Position numbers and translations under genes: made by a program
Notes under the pieces: generated by a model
The model's input: the letters and a program-made list of their open reading frames with translations, nothing else
Database searches by the model: none
Told to the model about the DNA's origin: nothing
Origin: a virus
Taxonomy: Duplodnaviria; Caudoviricetes
IMG/VR virus record: IMGVR_UViG_3300036797_000080
Span: 1-43,645 of that record
Length of the DNA: 43,645 nucleotides
Direction: 5' to 3' (one strand)
Shown here: one piece after another, positions 15,383 through 23,400 of the stretch
Layout of the letters: each line of letters begins with the position of its first letter
How positions within the stretch are numbered: the stretch's first letter is position 1

Positions 15383-16960
15383 TTACGCCTGCGTCAGGAT
15401 CGTGATGTAACGAGCATCTGCTCCGGTTCCGGTCAGCAGAACCGTGATCACTGTGCCGTTCAGGTCGCCCGCCGAAAAATCGAGCAGGTAGATACCGCTG
15501 GCCAGCTCTGTCGGCGTGTTCGTACAGGACCCGAAAGCCGCGCCGTCAATCGAGCGCGTGGCCGTAATTCCCGTACCTAAACCTGTCTTCGGGGTCACAT
15601 GATCCACTGAGGAAACCATCAGGAAGGCGAAGTTTGAGAGAGCAGTATTCTTCTTGACTGCCATTTCACCGGGCGCATAAGTGACCGCACCGCTCGTGAG
15701 GCTGATCTGGCCCGTCCCGGTGCCGGAGGAAAGCAGCACAGAAGCGCCGATGTCCCGCGCCGTCTGCGCCGTTCCGGCGAGCTTGGCGACGTCGACGCGC
15801 CCCGAGCCATCGATCGAAAGCGCCGAGAAGTTCGACGGGAATGTCTGGGTGAGGCTGTAGCCGGTCTTGTCGCTCACCGTGGATACGGTGTACCCGGTTT
15901 TGTCCGAGATTGTTCCGGCGGTGACCGCGCCCGAGGAAAGGCTGATCTGGCCCGTGCCTGTACCTGGAGAGAGCAGCACGCTCGCGCCCAGATCCCGCGC
16001 CGTCTGCGAAGTGCCGGAGACCTTCGAAACATCCACGCGGCCCGAGCCGTCGATCACCATGGAGGCCCAGTTCGCAGGCGCCGCTCCGATATCGTCTGTG
16101 AGACGCTTGCCGATCGAGCCGGCCGTGGTCAGCGCACTTGTGAGCGCGTCCCAGATGGCCTGAACTCCCGCCGAAGAAATATCGACGCTGCCGCCGCCAC
16201 CCGCGGCAGTGGCCCGGCTTGAGATTGCGGCGTCGATATTCGTCACCAGCAGCTTTCCGATGCTTCCGACCGTCGTCAGCGCGCTCGTCAGAGCGTCCCA
16301 TATTGCCTGGATTCCGCCCGACGACAGAGAATAGCCGGTCTTATCACTCACCGTGGATACGGTATAGCCGGTTTTGTCCGAGACCGTTCCGGCCGTCACC
16401 GCGCCCGAGGAAAGGCTGATCTGGCCCGTGCCGGTGCCCGGAGAGAGCAGCACGCTGGCCCCGAGATCGCGCGCCGTCTGCGAAGTTCCGGAGACCTTCG
16501 CCACGTCAACCCGGCCTGAACCGTCAATCGACTCGAGGTTCCAGTTAGTGGGCGGTGCGAGTGAATTGATTCCGGTTACGAAGGCTGTCGCGCTCTGGTT
16601 ATCGACTGCTGTCAATTCAATTTCGAGTACCAGCGGTGCCATATTGGCCGCGCCCCGGATCATGACGACAACCGACTTCGCCCCGCTCGCGATCGCCGCG
16701 TCGGGTATACCGAGCTGGTACACGCCGGGCATGTTGGTGCCGTCGACAACGATAAAGCCGCCTGTCGCCCATGTACCGAGCGTCATAGTGGCGAGCGTGA
16801 TCGAGGTCGCCGAGCCCGCGCCCTCGCGTAAGTAATAAGCCGCCAGGCCGGAAGTCCCGAACGCGAGACCAGTGAGCCCGCCGCCTGTCGTCGAAGTCGA
16901 ATCCTGAATAAAGACGGTGAGCAACTTGCTGGTCGTACCTTTTAGCAACGAAAGTTTCAT
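15383..16960 (-). CDS. virion fibre/structural protein with internal repeats (525 aa)
   Basis: S/T/G-rich; 3x DGSGRVDV..QTARD.GASVLLS.GTGTGQISL.SGAVT and 2x QAIWDALTSALTT.GSIGK. Confidence 0.8.
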   Translation of the reverse strand: MKLSLLKGTTSKLLTVFIQDSTSTTGGGLTGLAFGTSGLAAYYLREGAGSATSITLATMTLGTWATGGFIVVDGTNMPGVYQLGIPDAAIASGAKSVVVMIRGAANMAPLVLEIELTAVDNQSATAFVTGINSLAPPTNWNLESIDGSGRVDVAKVSGTSQTARDLGASVLLSPGTGTGQISLSSGAVTAGTVSDKTGYTVSTVSDKTGYSLSSGGIQAIWDALTSALTTVGSIGKLLVTNIDAAISSRATAAGGGGSVDISSAGVQAIWDALTSALTTAGSIGKRLTDDIGAAPANWASMVIDGSGRVDVSKVSGTSQTARDLGASVLLSPGTGTGQISLSSGAVTAGTISDKTGYTVSTVSDKTGYSLTQTFPSNFSALSIDGSGRVDVAKLAGTAQTARDIGASVLLSSGTGTGQISLTSGAVTYAPGEMAVKKNTALSNFAFLMVSSVDHVTPKTGLGTGITATRSIDGAAFGSCTNTPTELASGIYLLDFSAGDLNGTVITVLLTGTGADARYITILTQA

Positions 16961-18424
16961 CTATCCCCTCATCCCGCCCGACATACCCGGATTCACCAGC
17001 AGCCCGCCCGCCGCCCCGGCAGCAGATCCCTGCACCGCACCTATATCCGGAGCACCTGTACTTGTCGCACCGGGGAATACGCCCGGGTAGCCGGCCGCTT
17101 TACAGGCCGCGCCGCCCCCGGCTGTTGTGTTCAAAGAAAAATCGCCCGATCCTGAATTAGTGAAAGGGTTCGCCGAAAGCGTCACGTCGCCGGTCCCTGC
17201 CGGAATAATCGTTCCGGTTGAGTCCTTCCCCCGCCCGCCCTGTGTGTTGCCGCCATAGGCATTGGCGCGGGCGATCTGCCAGAGGATGACGGAGGCGTTC
17301 GTGGTGAATACGCCCCAGCCGGCGTTGCCGTAAAAAAGACAGTTCTCAATCGTCACCGTGGGAATGGTGCTGCCCTGATTGAGGCAGATGCCGGAGCCAC
17401 CGCCGACCGTCGAGCCGCCCGTGCCGGTGGCCAGCGCAAACGTGCAGGATCTTGCGATGAAGTGAACGGGCGTGGAGCCGGTCGCGAGAAGGATGTTGAC
17501 CCCGGCGTTGGCTGTTACAAGGCTGCGCTCTATCTTGAGCGTACTGACCGAGAGGCCGCCTGTAGTGATGCCTGTGCCCGCGCCGCCGTTGCCATGAATG
17601 TAGCAGTCGATAACCGAAGTGCTGCCGCTGCCGCCCAGCAGGGCGCCCCAGGTGGTGCAGCCGCTGATCTCGCAGTTCGACAGCAGGAAGTTGGCGAAGT
17701 TGCCCGACGTATTGGCGTCGATGCCCTTCGAACAGCCGGAGATCTTGCAACCGCTGATCGTAATGCCAGGACCGCCCGAGCCCGCCGCGATACCGATGCC
17801 GGGCGTTCCCGCCGAGCTGCTGAAGTTGATATTGCTCACCCAGTCCGAGAGCCCCGCCGCAAATCCCCCCGCAAGGGTCAACAGGGTGATCGAGTTGGTT
17901 GCGGTCGTCATGAGCGGCGCGGTGCCGCCGTCGTTGTGCGTGGTGCCGTAGCCAATCAGGGCGTTCTGAATCGAGCCGGCGGTCAGCGTGGCCCCGGTGG
18001 TCACGGTATAGGTGCCGCTCTTGACGTGTACCGCATTACCGGAGCCAGCGAGTGTAGCCGCCTGGCCGATTGTCAGCAGAGATCCGCCGAGGTTGCCAGT
18101 GCCGCCGGTCGACGAAGTGGTTCCGACAGCTTTGTCGCATGTTGCGGTCGTTCCTGAAACGCTCACGACCTGCACGCGCTGAACGGTAAAGCCGGTACCG
18201 CCCGTAATGTTGATGACGTTTCCCGGCGACGTCGATCCAAAAGGGTTACCCGCAGACGTGATTTTGGTGTTTGTCGTGGCATCGATAACCAGATCTGTAA
18301 ACGCTATAAACGCTGCGTCCTGCTGGCTCCGGTCGGTCCCGGTGGCAGCGGTATTGAAGCCGCCGCCGTTGGCGTCGCTGCCGGTCGTTCGCACATCCCA
18401 TTCGGTCGAAGTGTTGAATGCCAT
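16961..18424 (-). CDS. tailspike-like right-handed beta-helix (pectin-lyase-like) protein (487 aa)
   Basis: VHVKSGTY motif, parallel beta-helix repeats (ISGCKISG, IENCLFYGN), C-terminal DFSL..DIGAVQ. Confidence 0.8.
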   Translation of the reverse strand: MAFNTSTEWDVRTTGSDANGGGFNTAATGTDRSQQDAAFIAFTDLVIDATTNTKITSAGNPFGSTSPGNVINITGGTGFTVQRVQVVSVSGTTATCDKAVGTTSSTGGTGNLGGSLLTIGQAATLAGSGNAVHVKSGTYTVTTGATLTAGSIQNALIGYGTTHNDGGTAPLMTTATNSITLLTLAGGFAAGLSDWVSNINFSSSAGTPGIGIAAGSGGPGITISGCKISGCSKGIDANTSGNFANFLLSNCEISGCTTWGALLGGSGSTSVIDCYIHGNGGAGTGITTGGLSVSTLKIERSLVTANAGVNILLATGSTPVHFIARSCTFALATGTGGSTVGGGSGICLNQGSTIPTVTIENCLFYGNAGWGVFTTNASVILWQIARANAYGGNTQGGRGKDSTGTIIPAGTGDVTLSANPFTNSGSGDFSLNTTAGGGAACKAAGYPGVFPGATSTGAPDIGAVQGSAAGAAGGLLVNPGMSGGMRG

Positions 18425-18446
18425 TTATCCTCGTCAGTTGCCCTCG

Positions 18447-18836
18447 TCAGTGCGTATACTCGGCGAAAAACCAGCCTGCGTCCGATGCCTTCGGGGCGGT
18501 TACGAATGTGATCGTGGCGCCCGAGAGCGTATAGTCCGCGGTGAGCGATTGCATCACGTTCAGGAAGACCTCGAGCGAGCCTGCAGTGGGCGTGTGCGCC
18601 AGAGTGAAAACTTTGTTGGTCCCGTTCAGCGTTCCGGACGGTACTTCCCGCACCCATGTGACACCGCCGCCCGGCGCGCCGCCGTCGATCGAGCTCCCAT
18701 CCGTTCCGAAGACGAGCATGTGGCCCGCGGTGAATGCCGCAGTCGTGTCGGCCATCTGTACGACTGTCGTATCGCCCAGCCGGCATTTAAGCTTGAGCTG
18801 ATCGGCATCGAGGTTGCCGCGGACTGTTTTAGGCAT
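18447..18836 (-). CDS. small tail-fibre module protein (129 aa)
   Basis: RGNLDADQLK N-motif; EVPSGTLNGTNKVFTLAHTP...VFLN...DYTLSGATITFVTAP domain. Confidence 0.8.
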   Translation of the reverse strand: MPKTVRGNLDADQLKLKCRLGDTTVVQMADTTAAFTAGHMLVFGTDGSSIDGGAPGGGVTWVREVPSGTLNGTNKVFTLAHTPTAGSLEVFLNVMQSLTADYTLSGATITFVTAPKASDAGWFFAEYTH

Positions 18837-19422
18837 TGGTCTCGAGGAGCTTATCGATCAAAGTCAGAACGGAACTGGATATCCCCGGCAGCGCTTTGCG
18901 AAACTCTTCGGGCGTAGCGCGACGGCTGGCGATCCATGTGGCACGCGAGAGGATCAACTGCGCAGCATCTCTGGCTGTGTGCCACGCCGTGCCCATCTGC
19001 GCGTTTCGCAGCCCGGCCGCGCTCGACAGATGCCAGCCCACCATTTTCGACGAGACTGTGGCGCAGCGCATAGCGACAGCGGTATCCCGGTCTGTGGCAA
19101 CAATGCCGGGAGGAGGAGTCACGGTAAGCAGCATCGCGAGGACAGCATCGATGTCCCTGCTCGTTTGGGCAACGGACTCGCTTGAAAGTTCCTGCATGGT
19201 CGACAAGGTTCTCGCTCCGATGACGGTCGCGAGATCGAGCCACGCGGGCGCGCATTCGCGCACGATCCAGTCGAGCGAGATCCACGCGCGCGCTTCTTCC
19301 CTTGCCGCGTCGGTAACGCCGACATTCTGCGAGGACAACAGATCGAGTTTGGCGCAGAACTCCGCATCCGAGACGAGCGCTTCTTTCCAGAGCCGTACGT
19401 ATTCAGCGATGAGTGGCGACAT
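18829..19422 (-). CDS. helical hypothetical protein (197 aa) inserted among fibre genes
   Basis: EARAWISLDWIVRECAPAWLDLA; composition unlike the flanking fibres. Confidence 0.7.
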   Translation of the reverse strand: MSPLIAEYVRLWKEALVSDAEFCAKLDLLSSQNVGVTDAAREEARAWISLDWIVRECAPAWLDLATVIGARTLSTMQELSSESVAQTSRDIDAVLAMLLTVTPPPGIVATDRDTAVAMRCATVSSKMVGWHLSSAAGLRNAQMGTAWHTARDAAQLILSRATWIASRRATPEEFRKALPGISSSVLTLIDKLLETNA

Positions 19423-19427
19423 AAAAG

Positions 19428-20486
19428 TCAGGCAGGCGAGAGCGGGGTCGGCCCCCAGTAGACTTTGAGGTTCGGCTGGTCAGCCATTGGACCGCTGATC
19501 GGATCGCGGTGAATTTCGGCGTATGTAGCCGGGTCCCCGTCGTACGCCTTCTCCCCGTTAATCATGTAATTGAACGGATCATTGAGTGCCCCGCACACTC
19601 CATCAGTATTCGCTGAGACGTGGAACACCGGCCGCTGATTGACGGTCTTGCCGTTCGAGAATGTGAAGCGGATCCACACATCGTAGACGAGGAGCTGCGA
19701 GATCTGGTTCGGGTTCCCGACCCCTTCGAAGATTTCGAAATTGAGCGAAAAGACGTAACCGGCGTCCGTTGTCGCGCCATATTGATAATCCGTTCCGAGA
19801 AACGGATAAGGAACTCCGGTCAGGTCATGCGGCCCGGACGTCGTGACTGGCCAGGCAGTCGTACTCCCTGGCATGTAGCTTCCGAGGCCAAACCATGGAT
19901 TCAGGTAATCGGTCAGATCGGCAGTCTGATAAGGACTCTCATCACCCGAGGCGACGGCGAAGCCAAATGAATCGAGCACCCGATGCTCTGTGATGTGAAA
20001 CAAGTCGATCGCGGTGATGGTTGCCCCACCGCCCGAGCCTGCATCGCCCGCGAAGTACGTGGCGATCAGATAGTCGTCTGCTTTGACCGGGTAGAGCAGC
20101 GTGACAGTAAGGCCGTTGATTGCATACTCGCCTCCGCCCAGAACGAATCCCTGTTCCGCGTAAGCGAACGGCGTCAGCTCGCTTCCGTTAAGCGACAGGA
20201 TGACGATCCGGTTGCCGGTGATCGTACTGACAAGCGGGTAGTGCGAGAGCGTGAAAACCTTGTTCGATCCGTCCCTTGTCCCGGCCGGCGATTCCTGAAT
20301 CCACTGGCCGGCCCCGCCGCCTGCGCCGGCAGCTCCGCCGTCGATCAGATTGCCCTGGGACCAGATCCCGATATTTCCGTCGGCCTTCGCGCTCTCGGTG
20401 GTCGTTACGAACTCAACTGCGCGCTCCGCTCCGGAGAGATCGCCTTCGCGGATCTGGGTAAGCCTGACATTGCCCCGGTTCGGCAT
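19428..20486 (-). CDS. modular tail-fibre protein (352 aa)
   Basis: RGNVRLTQIR N-motif; ESPAGTRDGSNKVFTL domain; C-domain paralogous to the N-domain of the 1675-aa protein. Confidence 0.8.
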   Translation of the reverse strand: MPNRGNVRLTQIREGDLSGAERAVEFVTTTESAKADGNIGIWSQGNLIDGGAAGAGGGAGQWIQESPAGTRDGSNKVFTLSHYPLVSTITGNRIVILSLNGSELTPFAYAEQGFVLGGGEYAINGLTVTLLYPVKADDYLIATYFAGDAGSGGGATITAIDLFHITEHRVLDSFGFAVASGDESPYQTADLTDYLNPWFGLGSYMPGSTTAWPVTTSGPHDLTGVPYPFLGTDYQYGATTDAGYVFSLNFEIFEGVGNPNQISQLLVYDVWIRFTFSNGKTVNQRPVFHVSANTDGVCGALNDPFNYMINGEKAYDGDPATYAEIHRDPISGPMADQPNLKVYWGPTPLSPA

Positions 20487-20490
20487 GTTT

Positions 20491-23400
20491 TTACGGTCGC
20501 CCCGAGTACAGAGTGACCGCAGCACCGCCCAGGCGGTTGCCGGCGTTCAGATAAGATTTCGACACGCCTGCGCGCGTTTCCGTGATGACAGTGACGCGCA
20601 CGGAACCGGAACTCAAGCCCGCAATCGAAGACTGCGAATCGGTTTCAAAATACCCGAGGTAAGACCCAGGGCCCGGCGTCGAGTTGAACGCGCCGAGTAT
20701 TTCCGTCCGGCCGCCGCTTTCGGTCGACCAGAGCCCGAGGCCGGTGCCGCCCGCGCCGGTGCCCTCAGTCTTGTAGCCGAGACACCAGAAATCGGCCCCG
20801 ATATTGACCACCTTGGTGTTGTCGGATTCGATGTCGAATTGCCGCGCCCATGCCTGGCCTCCGCTCTGCGTGATCGTGCCCGGGATGGCTGCGTTTTCGA
20901 AAAAGACCACGAGGCCCGTGCCTGAACCGTTTCCGTATCCCGACGGATTGAAAACATCCGCAACCACCAGCGGCACGGTCGCATGATTCACAAGCGAAAT
21001 GTCTCCCAGAAACGCCAAACTGCGGAAGTCGATCGATGCGCCCGAGGTTCCTGCGAAGGTGATCGTGTGCGATCCCGCTGTATTCAGCTGCGAGTAGAGT
21101 CCGCAGATGCGCCGCACGCCGGTTGGGACTGTCAGATTGCCTGAGATCGTGTAGGCTCCGGCCTGCAAAAAAACGATCGGCTTTCCTGCATTCAGCGCGG
21201 TCTGAATGTCTGTTGTCCTGTCGCCGCCGCCAGCCGTCACAACGGCCCAGTGCGTGAAATCGTTGTCTGCCAGGAAGGCCGGTGTCTCGAGGATCGGCAG
21301 ATTGAGCGAAGTCGTGGCCGCGGGCAGAAACAGCGGGACGTATCCGAGCGAGCTGTATTCGGTTATGTTCGTGCCGCCCACGCGGGCAATGGCTGAGAAG
21401 TACCCGCTCGAGGTGATGTTGCGCGCAAACAGAAAGGCGTTGTTCAGGACCGCGCTTCCGCCCGGGGAAGCTCCGGTGAATGCGGAATCGATCAAAACCA
21501 TGTTGCCCACGCCTTCGTTCAACACTGCCTGCGCGGCCGCGGATGTAGTCACTTTCAGATCCCGCACCCAGGTGTTCTGATTGGAATTCCAGAGCCCGAT
21601 CAGATTCGGACTCGAGGATATGTTGATGTGCTCCCAGGTGATTCCGACCTCTCCGGCCCCGTTGATGATTCCGTAGTCGAAGGTCCCCGAGATGGTCAGG
21701 TTCTTGACCAGAGCCGGGCCGTTGCCGCCGCCGCCCCAGCCGCGCGATGCGTTCAGCGCCACGCGCCCCGAGCCTTTGATCGTTACGTTGCGGATGGATG
21801 CCATGTTCGAACACACCCAGTCGATGGCTTCTGCCCCGGGGTTGCCTGTTCCGGTATCGAGAGTCAGATCGTGGATGTCGTTGTAGTAACCGGCCTCACC
21901 GGCGCCAAGGGGGTTGGTCTCGGCTTCCGATGCCGTGTAGATCATGGCCTTGGCGTTGATGGCCGCGAGATCGTAAAGCGGACTGCCGGTTGCATTGCCG
22001 AATCCCGACGCGCTGTTTGCGAGCTTGATCGTGGTGGTCGACTCGTTCTGGCCCCAGAAGGCGATATAGGCCCGCCACGTTGCGCCCGCATCTTTCCAGA
22101 CGAGGGTGTCGGAAATCAGATACGTCCCGGCCGGGAAATAGATCACGTTGAGCTGATGGGCGAGCGCGTAATAAATGGCCGCCTGAATTGCCGCGGTATC
22201 GTCCGTCGTGCCATTGCCCGCTGCGCCGTGCGCCGTGACATCCACCACGCCCGACCCGGATGGAAACACCACGTCGGCAACACTCGCGACTACCGGAATC
22301 CCGACCGTCAGCACCAGAACCGTTGTGTGGCTGGTGGCTCCGCTTGACGCGCTCACAGTGAGCAGGCTGGTCGCGTCGGGCGTTCCGCTCGAGGTCACGA
22401 CGGTAAGCGTCGACGTTCCCGCGCTGGTTCTCGAGGGCGGGCTGAACGTTCCGGTGGCTCCCACGGGTAACCCCGAGACCACGAGCGCCACCGTGCCCGC
22501 GAATCCGGCGAGGAATCCGATCGATACGGTGTAGGTAGTCGTATCGGTTGCGTTGATAGTTCGCGATGCCGGCGTCGCCGAGATTGTGAACCCGTCCGAG
22601 GTATCGATCGGGATGGTGGCTTTATCTCCGGCCCAGTAAGCTGCCGAAAATTCGTCCGTAGATTCGGGCGCGACTGCCATCACGATGTGATTCGACTTCC
22701 CGGCAAGCGTGTAGCGAGGGAAGTACGGATCCTGCTCGATGCCGTTGACGAGCAGAATGAACGGTACTTCCGGAGGCGTTCCGGTCGGCGCCGTGGTCGG
22801 AACGAAGTCGAGATAGAAATCGCGGTTCACTCCGTTCCGCGTCCCGGCAGGTTCCTGTTCGTACCAGATGCCCTGCTGCCCGGGCGTGACGGTCTGCGTG
22901 CCGCCCGAGGTCGCGACCAGTCCGCCGCTGGCACCGCCGCCGGCCGATCCGCCGCCGCCGCCGAGACCTTCCCAGAAGTCGAGAAACGATCCGATCTCCT
23001 GGATGTCTACCGCTTTGATCGTGTACCTGTAATGTCCCTGGCCGTTGCCGATCCATTTTGAGACCGGAACCATTTCGGCGTCGATTTCCTCGATCACCCA
23101 GTCCCCGTTCAGCAGGTCCCGGCCTCCGATCGGATAGAGAAGATCGACCGGTAAGGCCATTCCCGCCTGCAGGCCCGGGGTGAATGTTTTCAGCTCGAGC
23201 GCTGTCGGAGCCACTTTGAAAGACTTCAGTGCTTCCTGCGCGAACTGAAGCCCGGATGCAGCGGATGTTTTGATCAGCCCGGTTGAGGATGCGTCGGTGA
23301 TCTGCTGAACCTTCCCGGTCCCGTGCGTGATTTCAGCGAAAGCATTGACGAGCGCCGTGTCCTCGACTTCGATTACGTCTCCGCCAGCGCGGGTGTATTC

